A stretch of DNA of 64,000 nucleotides from Chiloscyllium plagiosum (lineage: Eukaryota). Positions 22,933-35,045 of the stretch are shown one piece after another. The DNA lies in contig NC_057730.1 in assembly GCF_004010195.1 (NCBI RefSeq), positions 15,798,227 through 15,862,226 of the forward strand, read 5' to 3'. The first letter of the stretch is position 1. Each line of letters begins with the position of its first letter. Both the position numbers and the translations under genes were made by a program. Below the pieces are notes generated by a model. That model worked only from the letters and a program-made list of their open reading frames with translations. It was not told the origin of the DNA and searched no databases.

Positions 22933-25900
22933 TAGTCTGAGGTGTTTAAGGTCACAGCGAGCCAGAAATACAAAATTATCCATACTCTTGTGAAACAACA
23001 CATCACCAAAAACAGGAGTATCTGGGAGGAATGAAATGGAGGGAAACATTTTACATGAACACGGTGTTCAAGTTCCAAAAACGTGCATTTCAATAGCTTC
23101 CTTAACACAAATGTTCTTGCTGTTTTGGTGCAATTTTTTTAAGTGATTATTTATTTTAAATAATTCAAACAAATGTACAAATAAGAACAGACTGGAGTAA
23201 TGCTTCCCCTCTCTCCAATAAGTGGAGGAGAAATGAAATGATGAACAAGTTTGCCATCTGAAAGTCTGCTCAAGGGCAATGTCAGTTTACTCAAAGTAAT
23301 AAAGTACGAACAATAGTTTTGAACATTTCAAAGTTAAAGAGACCAGCCTAGTTGCCTTGAACAGATGGCCCTCTGAAAACAACCTCGAAAGCCAGTTAAG
23401 AGCGACCCATGTTTCTGTGGATCTGGAGTCACATGCAGGCCAGACCAGCTAAGGATAGCTTCCCAAAAAGGAATTTTTGAAACAAATGGATTTTACAAGC
23501 AAGGTTCTGAGGAAGATCAGTTCAGAAGCAGAAGGCTATGGGGTGTCAGCAAGTAAGGCAACCTGCAAAGACAGCTGACGACGTGAGCTTAGGGAACACA
23601 AGGCAAATAGCCTGCTTCAGTTCTGTGGAGATTCAATGTTAAGTAATAATGAACTGAACAAGCAGATTGCTTTAAGGATGCTAGGAAGAAACATTAACTG
23701 AAGAAAACAACAAAGTGAAGGTACAACAATTTGCCAGAAGGAAACTGATACAGCCATGGCAGCTTAGCAAGAACCTAAATAAGATCAGGTTCACTGAGGT
23801 TCAAGCATCTAGGGGTTTTTCTGATATTTGTAATGAGATTATTTTCATAGTTCTTGCCCAGTAGAATATAGTTTGTCTCCTTTATCATTTTTATGTTCCT
23901 TTGTTAAAAGTATATTAGCAGCTTCTTGTGCTTATGTTCGGAGACTGACTGTTAAACAAAAAATTCAATAAAATGTATGGTCCATCAGGCCAGATTTCAT
24001 TCAGGAATCTGATTTGAGCAGTATTACCACCAACTGGGATCATAACACGGATTGCAGCGATACAAAACAGCGACTCAACCTTTCTGGTCATGGGCAGTTA
24101 GGGGTATCAATAAATGCTGACCTAGCCACAAGTGTCCCAAGGACAAAATGTAAGACTGCGTAGAGGTCTGGGAATACCATATTTGAGGAAAGATATATTT
24201 TGCCTTGGAGGTGGTACAGTTCAAAAACATCATAAAGGTTAATTCCTGGGATTGAGAGTGTTGTCCTATGACAATAGGGCTATCCTCTTTGATATTTAGA
24301 AAGTTGAAAAGTGACCTCATTCAAATATACAAGATTCTGAAAGGTCTTAAAAGGACAGACAAATAAGTAGTTTCCCAGATGTTGGGGGATTTGGAACATT
24401 GGGATACATCCTCAGGATAAGGGACTGATCATTTATGACTAAGATAGGAAAACAATGGAGTTGAGCAGAAGGACTTGGGCATATACAAGTACATATCATG
24501 CAAGATGGCAGGAGTGGTTCAGAGATGATGAGTGGTTATTAAAGTACAGTACACAATAACTTGATTTTAATAATTGGGGAAGAGTGTACATTAGCATGGA
24601 TAATATGTTATACATAACACTCGTTCAGCACCTGGTGTAATGTGCCGAGTTCTGAGAGCAATATTTAAAAGAAAAGTAGTGAACATCAGTAACGCAGATA
24701 GATTGGAGAAATTGGGACTGCTTTCTTTGAAGAAACGGTTGAAAGGAGATTTGATAGAGGTATTCAACATCACAAGGAGGTCTGACAGAGTAAATAGAGA
24801 AAATTTCTTTCCTAAATGATGGAAAGATCGCATACCAAAAAAGGCACAAAATTAAGATATGACTGGCCAAAGAAGCAGAGACACAAGGAGAAACTTCTCC
24901 TTAGTGACTGGTTAGGATCTTGAATGCACTGCCACAGTGTGGTGTTTGAAGATTTAACAGAGCCGATCAAGGAGGAATTGGTTTGTTACATGAAACAGGG
25001 AGAAAAATAAATGCAGGATTACAGGGAGGCGGCACTATGTGAATAGCTCCCCTAGGGAGCTGACAGGCCAAAACAGTACAAAATGCCAATATATTTAAAA
25101 GGCCTTGGACCTTTGAAATGCTCTACCACAGGTGGATTACGGAGGCTCAATGACAGTGTCTATTTGAGGTTAAAATGGACAATTAATAGTCAGAATTGAG
25201 GCAGAAGTTCATTCCTGATTTACGTTGACTGGCTTGAAGAGGACCACAATATCTATTGCTGTGCCTAGTTTTTAAATCTATTGAGTTTCAAGAGCAGTCT
25301 TCAGACTCCCACATATTGTATATAAACATGATTTCTCAGCATCAAGATTCATTAAATAATCAGATAGACATGGAACAGAAATCACATAGCAAGCAACAGC
25401 ACTTGGCACACATTCAACACATGATCAGTGGCAATTAACAGAGCACATTTTTGACACAGTTGGAATTTGATAAAACTTGCTGAAATTCAGAACTATTAGT
25501 GGTAAAGACCAACAAATCACTTGAAGGCTTACTTTCCAATACTGTAGTAATAGAAATAGGTAACGAATGGAAGCCTGGATAATGTTCATTTTAAGCACAA
25601 CCATTCTTTAAAAAAAATTACTCACTACCTAAAATTGGAACTTTACAGATTTTTTTCCTCCCCAGATTTAACTAAGGATTGTCGTAGCACCCAATGTATT
25701 TTTGGTAACCACCCATCCAAATTTCTTATTTCCCACCATACCAGATGACATGCAATCTGTGAAACATAGTTGAGCAATCAGAAAGGTAAAAGGTTGGTGG
25801 GACTTATAGAGTCAGAGTCATGGAGATGTAGAGCATGGAAACAGACCTTTCAGTCCAACCTGTCCATGCCGCCTAGATATCCCAACCGGCCCATATCCCT

Positions 25901-26072
25901 CCAAACCCTTCCTATTCAATACCCATCAAAATGCCTCAGATCCAGCCAGAAGACATTTGTTCTATTAAAGCCCTTGAAAACAATATATCTTGCTATATTT
26001 TCATTAATCATGAAACCCATTTTTGAACCTTTCTGGTTGTTTGACTAATGTCTACAATGCATTTTTCTATAT

Positions 26073-26408
26073 TATAGAATCCCGACCGTGTAAACAGGCC
26101 ATTTGGCCCAATAAGTCCACACCAACCCTCCAAAGAGAATCCCATCCAGACCCGTTCTTCTACCCTATTACTCTACATTTCCCCTGACTAATACACTCCC
26201 TTAAATACTATGGGCAATTTAGCACGGCCAATTCATCTAACCTACACATCTTTGGACTGTGGGAAGAAACCGGTGCACCCGGAGGAAACCCACACAGACA
26301 CGGGAAGAATGTGCAAACTCCACACAGACAGACATTCGCCAGAGGCTGGAATCAAACCCAGGTCCCTGACGCTGTGAGGCAGCAGTGCTAAGCACTGAGC
26401 CACCATGT
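26073..26408 (-). mobile_element. HE1-type SINE
   Basis: Same head, core and tail as the other copies. Confidence 0.85.
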
Positions 26409-26507
26409 CACCTATATGCAATATCATGTTAACCTTGACAATTACTATTTAGATAATTCTATGAAATATCTTTTCTGTATCCACTCCCCAGTTCCTTCCT
26501 AACTTGC

Positions 26508-26648
26508 CTTCCTCTGCTGCTGGTCCTTCCTCATTATTCAAGTCACTTGACTGCCAGGAATACAGGCTTTCATTTTCATTGTGTACATGTATGTCCAAAG
26601 TGTTGCTGTGATCATCTTCATGGTCTTCAGCAGCCAAGTCCTCACTTT
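26508..26648 (-). CDS. RNF151: RNF151-like, predicted exon 5 (acidic)
   Basis: ttttgtctttcag acceptor; 141 nt, phase 1-1; (E)SEDLAAEDHEDDHSNTLDIHVHNENESLYSWQSSDLNNEEGPAAEE; GC donor AAG|gcaagt. Confidence 0.65.
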
Positions 26649-26782
26649 CTGAAAGACAAAAATGCAACTGATGTGTTTCTATTATTGTATCAACATCTCA
26701 AAAATAAGGTGGCTTAATCTGGTTGTTGATAGCATTCAATAGGACTATACAAAAGATCTTTTAACAAAGAAAGCACCAGAAG

Positions 26783-27228
26783 TTAGATGTATAGCACGGA
26801 AACAGACCCTTCGGTCCAACCTGTCCATGCCGACCAGATATTCCAACCCAATCTAGTCCCACCTGCCAGCACCCGGCCCATAACCCTCCAAACCCTTCCT
26901 ATTTATATACCCATCCAAAGGCCTTTTAAATGTTGCAATTCTACCAGCCTCCACTACTTCCTCTGGCAGCTCATTCCATACACGTACTACCCTCTGCATG
27001 AAAAGGTTGGCCCATAGGTCTCTTCTGTATCTTTCCCCTCTCACCCTAAACCTATGCCCTCTAGTTCTGGACTCCCCGACCCCAGGGAAAAGACTTTGCC
27101 TATTTATCCTATCCATGCCCCTCAATTTTGTAAACCTCTATAAGGTCACCCCTCAGCCTCCGACGCTGCAGGGAAAACAGCCCCAAGCCTGTTCAGCCTC
27201 TCCCAATAGCTCACATCCTCCAACCCTG
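26783..27228 (-). mobile_element. CR1 3' fragment
   Basis: MRGMDRINRQSLFPGVGESRTRGHRFRVRGE..RVVRVWNELP. Confidence 0.88.
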
Positions 27229-27579
27229 TCAAGTTAATGGATCTCAAGCAACTTGTTCTCTCAAAAGCAGTTCAACTATAATTCTCAAACTTGCATACAC
27301 TTGAATCAAAGATATTAGTTTTATCTGAAGACATTTTCAAATTTCTGGTTGAAGTCTGTTCAAGGTGGCAGGAATACCTGGATTGCAATCAAAATGTTTT
27401 CTTTTACAGAAAAACCACCTTTGTTCTCAGGATGTGGGAGATGCTGACCGCATTTCTTACCCAAATGATTGGAGCACAGCCATATGGTTTGCAAGTTGTT
27501 GCAGGTATGGTTAAAGGTGTAGTATGGTTACACTAGGCCAGGTGGCAGGTTCACTTTCCTCATAGGTATGAGCTGGATT

Positions 27580-27794
27580 AGCAGGTTTTGAGAAGATTTG
27601 TAGCTCGGGTTGAGGTTCTGGATGTAAGTTTGCTCGCTGAGCTGGAAGGTTAGTTTTCAGACATTTCATCACCATACTCTATCATCAGTGAGCTTCCAGT
27701 GAAGTCTTCACCAGAGGCTCTCTGATGAAGTTACTGAGTGTGGTGATGAAACATCTGAAAATGAACTTTCCAGCTCAGCAAACAAACTTACATC
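27580..27794 (-). mobile_element. Short palindromic hammerhead-bearing element, family 2
   Basis: Arms GATGTAAGTTTGCTCGCTGAGCTGGAAGG / TTCCAGCTCAGCAAACAAACTTACATC; CTGATGA (27722-27728)..GAAAC ATC; 12-bp TSD ATGA(G/A)CTGGATT (27568-27579, 27795-27806). Confidence 0.8.
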
Positions 27795-28652
27795 ATGAAC
27801 TGGATTTTTATGAAAAGGCCACGGAGGTGATGGCAATTTTTCCTGCTCCCACCCCATAGGTTTATCTCATTTCTTGAAATCAATCTTGCAAATAATCAGC
27901 AAAATCTACCACACCCTAGTGCAATCAAATGTAGGAAAGAGAAACTTCTGCAAGTTCAATTAGCAACATATTAAATTTACATAGCATCTGTTAAGCACTG
28001 TTTTCTAAAGTTGTCCATCTCAGAGACCCATGATGCAATAGTAGAGTTGGGTGGGGAAGCTTACATTGAAGAGTGAAGGGACGGGGTGGGTTTAGGGAGA
28101 AATATTACACATTATCCATTCTCTCCTGTTATGGACCAGACACCCTCCAATTATTTTAATAAAAAGGTGGCCAAGACCCTCATTTCTTCTTATTTTTAAA
28201 GGCAAACGTGAAGTGCCTGTTCCAAATGCAATGCAACTAGTCAAACAACTTTATGTTAAGCAAAACAATTTATTTAAATACTGTAGTTAAAATACCAAAG
28301 AGAGGAATTTAGAACTATTGGAAATCTAATAAATGCAGTACTAACTAACTGTTCCACTAGAATGACATGTCATAAACACACCCCTTGTCAAAAAGGAACA
28401 TTCAGACATTCTCCCATGATTTTTTTTCTCCCTCCTGGATTGGAGAACAGCAAGAGAAAATTCAGAGCAGCAGCAGCTTGGAGACAGTCACCAAAGCTTC
28501 CAACTCTGATCTCTCAACAGCTTCTGAAAAACCCAAAACCCAGAAATCCTAATGAGAGAGCTGAACACACCCATTCAGGCAGTTTACAAAAGCACCCAAG
28601 GCCTCCCAAGCAGTTTACTCAATGACCTTATCTAACCAGCTTGGTACTTCGC

Positions 28653-29740
28653 AGAGTCATACAACACAAACAGACCCTTCGGTCCAACCAGTCCATGCTG
28701 AACATAATCCCAAACTAAACCAGTCCCACAGCTGCCTGTCCCTGGCCATATCCCACCAAACCTTTCCTGTTCATGTACCTATCCAAATATCTTTGAAATT
28801 GTACCCACATCCACCACTTCTTTGAAGTTCATTCCAATCACAAACCATCTTGTGTAAAACATTTGCCCCTCATGTCTCAAAATCTCTCACTGAAAATGTG
28901 CCCCCTAGTTTAGGCAAAAGAAAACCACCATTAACTATCTATACCCCTCATTATTCTATAAAACGTCTATGACATCACCTCAACCTCCTACGCACCAGTG
29001 AAAAAAGGTCCAGCTTATTCAGCCTCCTTATAATTGAAACCTTCTATATCAGGCAACATTCTGATAAATCTCTACTGAACCCTCTCCAGCTTGATAATGT
29101 CCTTTATATAACTGAGCAACCAGAACTGGACACAGTATTCCGGAAGAGGCTTCACCAATGTCCGGTACAACATCAACGTGACTTCCCAACTCCTGTACAC
29201 AAAGGTCTGAGCAATGAAGGCAAGTGTGCCAAACGCCTTTTAACCACGCCCTGTGACACAAACCTCAACAAATTATGTATTTTAACCCCTAGATCCCTCC
29301 GTTCAACCACATTACCCAAGACTACACCATTAATTGTGTAAGCTATATCTTTGTTTTGAATCAAAATGCAATACCTTACATTTATCTAGATTGAACTCCA
29401 TCTGCCATTTTTTAGCCCATTGGCCCATTTGATTAAGATCCCTTTGTAATCTTAGAAAACCTTCTTCACTGTCTCTTTTGGTTAGTCTGTAAATTTATTA
29501 ACCATGCTTTTTACATTCTCATCCAAATCATTTATAAAAAAGTGACAAAGGAGGACCCTGTGGAACACCACTGCTGACAGGTCTCCACTCAGAAACAGCC
29601 ATCCAGCTCTGTCCCCTGCCGTTAAGCCAATTTGCAAACTCACCCTAAATCCCCTCTGACCTAACTCTGCTAATTAGTCTACCATTGCAGAACCTTGATG
29701 ACTTTACTAAGAATAGAAATAAATGTCTACTGCCCTGCCA
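28653..29740 (-). mobile_element. CR1 3' fragment
   Basis: VLGNVVERRDLGV and CVQFW motifs plus 3' UTR on the - strand. Confidence 0.82.
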
Positions 29741-29751
29741 ATCTTTTTGGT

Positions 29752-29842
29752 GTGAAGGAGCCGGTGTTGGACTGGGGTGGACAAGTTAAAAATCACACAA
29801 CTCTAAACCTGCTGGACTATAAACTGGTGTTGAGAGATTTTT
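29752..29842 (-). mobile_element. Family 1 element with its palindrome centre deleted
   Basis: Tail and outer arm ends retained, hammerhead-bearing centre absent; 12-bp TSD AATCTTTT(T/C)GGT at 29740-29751 and 29843-29854. Confidence 0.75.
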
Positions 29843-29954
29843 AATCTTTTCGGTAACTTACTCAAAAAAAAATTCAAATCAAGTTTGACATACACGATTT
29901 TCCTCACACTAATGTTTGTGAGACAGCGCAAAACAGACTGATATACTCAATCAG

Positions 29955-31507
29955 GTTAAAGGAGGATGTACTGAAAATATTGAAAAACGTAAGGATAGAT
30001 AAGTCCTCTGGGCCAGATGGGATTTCCCACATTTTCTACAGAAAGTGAGGGAAGAGATTGTGTCTTTGGTGATCATCTTTGCCTCCTTACTGTCCACTGG
30101 AGTAGTGCCAGGTGACAGGAGGGTAGCAAATGTTATTCCCTTGTTCAAGAAAGGGAATAGGGATAATCCTGGAAACTATAGGCCAATCAGTCTTATGTCT
30201 GTGGTGGGCAAATTATTGGAGAGGATTTCGAGAGACAGGCGTTATGATTATTTGGAAAACCATAGCTTGATGAGCAATATTCAGTATGGCTGTGAGAGGG
30301 GCACATCATGCCTCACAAACCTTGTTGAATTCTGTGAGGATGTGACAAAATATATGTTAATGAAGGGAGAACAGTGGATGTGGTGTACATGCATTTTAGC
30401 AAGGCATTTCATAAGGTTCCTCACAGTAGACAAATTCAGAAAGGAGGCGGCAAGGAATACAGGTACATCTGGCTGAGCGGATACAGAATTGGCAGGACCA
30501 TAGAAGACAGAGGGTGGTAGAAGATGAAAGTATTCAGCTTGGAGCTCGGTGACTAGTGGTGTTCCGAGGGATCAGTTCTGGGACCTCTGCTCTTTGTGAT
30601 TTTTATGAGGACGTGGAAGGGTGGATTAGTAAGTTTGCCGGTGACACGGACATTGGTGGAGTGGTGGATAGTATGGAGGGCTGTTGTAGGTTGCAACAGG
30701 ACATTGACCAGATGCAGAGCTGGGCTGATAGTGGCAGATGGAGTTCAACCTGGAAAAGTGTGAAGTGATTCATTTTGGAAGGTCAAACTCGAATGCAGAT
30801 TACATGGTTAAAAGGTAGGATTCTTGGCAGTATGGAGGAACAGAGGGATCTTGGGGTCCACGTCCACAGATCCCTCTAAGTTGCCACCCAATCTGACAGG
30901 GTTTTTGAGGCGGCCTATGGTCTGTTGGCTTTTATTAGCAGGGGTAAATGGAGATTAATAGCCACGTGATTATGCTGCAGCTCTATAAAGCCCTGGTTAG
31001 ACCACACTTGAAATATTGCGTTCATTTCTGGTCACATTATAAAAAGGACGTGGAAGCTTTCGAGAGGGTGCAGAGGATATTTATCAGGATGCTGCCAGGA
31101 CTGGAGGCATGTCTTATGAAGCAAGGTTGAGGGAGCTAAGCTCATTCTCATTGGAACAAAGGAGGATGAGAGGTGACTTGATAGAGGTGTACAAGATGAT
31201 GGCAGACATAGTTAGAGTGAACAGTCAGAGACTTTTTCCCAGGGTGGAAATATCACGAGGGGGCATAATTTTAAGGTAATCGGAGGAATGTTTAGGAGAT
31301 GTCAGAGGTCAGTTCTTTACACAGAGTGGTGGGTGCATGGAATGCACTGACAACAGGGAAGACTCAGATACATTAAGGACATTTGAGCAACTCTTGAATA
31401 CACACATGGAAGATAATACAATGAAGGTTATGTAGGTTAGTTTTATTTTAGAGTAGGATCAAAGGTCAGCACAACATCGAGGGCTGAACATACTGTTCTA
31501 TGTTCTA
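29955..31507 (+). mobile_element. CR1 RT fragment to the 3' end
   Basis: ANVIPLFKKGNRDNPGNYRPISL, SCLTNL, LYKALVRPHL; terminal TGTTCTATGTTCTA. Confidence 0.9.
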
Positions 31508-32195
31508 GCCTCCAATCATCAGGCACCTCATCCATAGTTGGAGATTATTCAGTCTCAAAAAGAAACCAGGACAAAATAACCTCAAAAATTACAGCATCGG
31601 TATGCTCCTTGCTTGAAGGCTACACGGCCCATTTCCATTATCACCAACTAACCAATCATATCCCTTGTAGGGCCACAGACTCTGCAATTCTCCAAAATTG
31701 AAATTAAAAACTGCCAATTCATCAGTTTTTTTGTGGCAGCAACCTGACCTCAGCCAACATAGTCTATTGAGGACATACTTTACCCGAAAAAAAAACACAG
31801 GATTTAAAGCAGCCTTCGTGGTCACAACATCCAAGTCACTTCTCAGGACCCAAGAGTTTGGGAAACCCACTTGGAGGTTGTGCAATTCAGTTTTGGGGAT
31901 TTCAGAGCAGGTGGTGAAAATTGTCATGCCGTCATTGTTAGTTTCTCATTAAAAGCTAGATTTTATATCTTTAGCATTAGAATCTATGAATATATTTTTC
32001 CATCAGATCTCTTAGTGCGGTAAAAACAGAACCATTGCTTGGAGAACTATTTTGGTGTCATCTCTCACTCTCTGCAAGACACTGCCACTAGGTTCACGCA
32101 ACTGTTAGTCAGATTTTAATTTCCTGCGTACAACGCAGTCATCACTGCTATCCCACAACTTTACACAAGGGATAAATTTTATGCAGATTACCCAC

Positions 32196-32586
32196 CATCA
32201 TCTTCACAGACGAGATGCTCTGAAAACTGGGAATGATCAGGAGGCGCCAAATTCTGCAGATTTCTTTCCACTAGCTTTAGGCGACATTGCATTCTATACA
32301 AACGGCTTTTGAGAACCCGTATCTTCTCCTTATATTTTCTCTTTGAGTCCCTGTAACAGTTGTGTTCAAGCAGCTGATTTGGGGTAAGTTGGGCTCCACA
32401 TCCCATTCTGCATGGTTGGCTCCAATGTTCGCAAACCTGTTCATGAGCTGCAAGGTTCTTCTGAAATACTTCAGTTGTACAGGCCTCATGTTTGCATTTC
32501 ACTATTCTAAAGTCACAGGCAGCTTTATGGTTTGCAGATTGTTCAAGTGGAAAGGTCTCCCAGCAGCCATAGACATAGTTTTCACA
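32196..32586 (-). CDS. RNF151: RNF151-like exon 4: TRAF/SIAH-type zinc fingers and coiled coil
   Basis: aatgcag acceptor; CENYVYGC...HKAACDFRIVKCKHEAC...HEQVC...CRMGCGAQL...HNCYR matches the RNF151 pattern; G|gtgggt donor (an in-frame TAA at 32188-32190 is reached if it is not spliced). Confidence 0.88.
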
Positions 32587-33077
32587 CTGCATTACAGAAA
32601 CAAATAGCTGTTGTCATTCAACAGGAGGACAGCTTCACTTGATTTTAAGAAACACATAATAACTTGATCAAACATAGACCTGGATTGTTCACATATTAAA
32701 ACAGAGTAAACGGAAATAAACGTAGCAGTGTTGAATAATGTCTGAAATAATGACAACATATTAATTGGAATCAAAAACATAAAGCAAAGACCAGGCAACG
32801 TATGGAGTGTGGAAAAATCAGATCCTTCACCAGAACCAGGAAATGCAATACGTTAAAGTAGGTAAAATGTGGAAGGTGGGAAAAGAGAGAAAGGTTTGAG
32901 ATAGTGTGAAAGGCAGGAGACATTGGGCCTTCCACCACTTCTAACATTTTCAAAAAAGGGTGTGGGATTAAGACAATGAACAAACAAAAAAAATGTCCAA
33001 AGGGAGGACGATTGGCAGACTGTTGTTCTTGGATGGAAAAGCAAAGAGGAAATAGAACAGGGGAAGTAGAGATTCCC

Positions 33078-33475
33078 TGGAGCATCGGAGGCTGAGGGGT
33101 GATCATTTAGATGTTTATATATAATGAAGGGCATGGATAGGGTAAATAGACAAAGTCTTTTCCATGGGGTGGGGGAGTCCAGAACTAGAGAGCATAGGTT
33201 TAAGGTGAGACAGAAAAAAATTTTAAGAAAGGGACCAAAGGGGAAACTTTTTCATACAGTGGTGCATATATGGAATAAGCTATCAGAGAAAGGTGGAGGC
33301 TGGTACAATTGCAACATTTAAAAGGCATCCAGATGGGTATATGAATAGGAAGGGTTTAGAAGGACATGGGCAAAGACCTGGCAAATAGGACTAGATTAGG
33401 TTAGGATACCTGGTCGGCATGGATGTGTTGGACCAGATTTATTTCCATGCTGTACATCTATCTCTCTGACTCTAA
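33078..33475 (+). mobile_element. CR1 3' fragment
   Basis: MKGMDRVNRQSLFHGVGESRTREHRFKVR plus 3' UTR. Confidence 0.85.
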
Positions 33476-34055
33476 ATGAGATTGTCGAACTCAATATGGT
33501 GATCAGAAGGATACAATTTCCCTACTCAAAATGGAGCCATATTGGAAAATTAAAAAACAACAGATAACCATCCACTCAGCTTCACACTCACATCCTGAAC
33601 AAAACGTATGCCATGAAGAGGATTCCTATCTGGTTGGTCTCGTCTATGTAGAACAGACCACACTGGTTTACTAAATTTACTGCTCAAAGAGAACAAAGTA
33701 CATCAGTGTTTCACTTGGGTGAAATGTTTGAGACCCTAGATGGTGATGAGGTAGGAGGTAAAAGAGCAGATGTTGCATCTCCTGCACATAAATAGAAAGG
33801 ATTTTTTTACTTATGCAAAAGCATTTTTTTTGTTGTTCATGGAGCGTGTTGACTGGGCAAGCATTTGCTGTGTATCCCTCATAATTCAGAGGGCAACCAA
33901 TCATTCCACCAGTCAGAGTTGCAACAAAGGGTGAAGAGAAATCATAGAGACTTAAACCTTATGTTTCATAGTGCTGGACAGTGACGTCCTGAAATCAGGG
34001 CAGATTTTTAATTAGTGACTGTCCAACTACACATAAATACTGTTCTCAAATTTAC

Positions 34056-34152
34056 CTTCATGATCAATCGGGCAATCATGTTGTGGATCATAGGGATGAC
34101 AGAGCGAGCCACCCTTCTCACCTTCTTCCTGCAATATGGACATTCTTGCTTC
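34056..34152 (-). CDS. RNF151: RNF151-like exon 3 (end of RING domain)
   Basis: tttctcag acceptor, gtaaat donor; 97 nt; KQECPYCRKKVRRVARSVIPMIHNMIARLIMK. Confidence 0.9.
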
Positions 34153-34852
34153 CTGAGAAAAGGCATATTCCATTAAGTATAAGCAAACCCTGCTCGGGAC
34201 TGGAATATACAGTCACAATTACAATCTGGGAAGCATTTTCATTAGCTGACCCATTTGATAGCTCATTGTTCAACAGAACACCTTGAATAATTCACATATT
34301 TTGTGAAAGTTTATTCTGGTACTACATTTTTATGTGCACAAGCCTCAAATTCATAGAATCGCTACAGTGTGGAAGCAGGCCATTTGGCCCATCGAGTCCC
34401 CAGAAAACTACTAGACACTACACTTCTGCCTTACAGTTGTTTAACATACCAAAAAACGTACGTCACCTTCACATATTATCCTTTCTGGTTTCTCATCTTT
34501 CTCTCCTATACAGGTAATCCTCAATCACCTCAGCTAGCTAGGCAGGCACTGTTCCTATTCAAGCATAGCTAGGCTACTTGATAGTATACCTAAGCAAACT
34601 GTACCAAGTTAAGACTTCAGCAATGCATTGTGCATCAGTATTACAGGATAGCAATTAGCTAAAGATAGCTTCCTTCTCCTGCTCACCCATCCTAGGTACT
34701 GAGGTTATTCTATATAACCATTGACACTCTAGTAGAAACATTCATCACACACGTCAACCTTCCATTCATTGACTCCATCTATTATTCTCACTGCCTCAGG
34801 AAGACAACTAATGTAATTAAAAACCCCACCCACCCCAGTTATAATCTATTCC

Positions 34853-35045
34853 AGATATAGGTTTGCTCGCTGAGCTGGAAGGTTCGTTTTCATATGTTTT
34901 GGCACCCTACTAGGTAACATTTCAGTGAGCCTCCGGATGCAGCACTGGTGATGTAGCCCACTTTCTATTTACATATTTGGGTTTCCTTAGGTTGATGATA
35001 TCATTTCCTGTGGTGACGTTATTTCCTCCTCTTCTTTTCCTGGGA
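34853..35045 (-). mobile_element. Family 2 single arm / Penelope terminal-repeat fragment
   Basis: GTTTGCTCGCTGAGCTGGAAGGTT shared with the copies at 27.6 kb and 43.3 kb. Confidence 0.65.
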
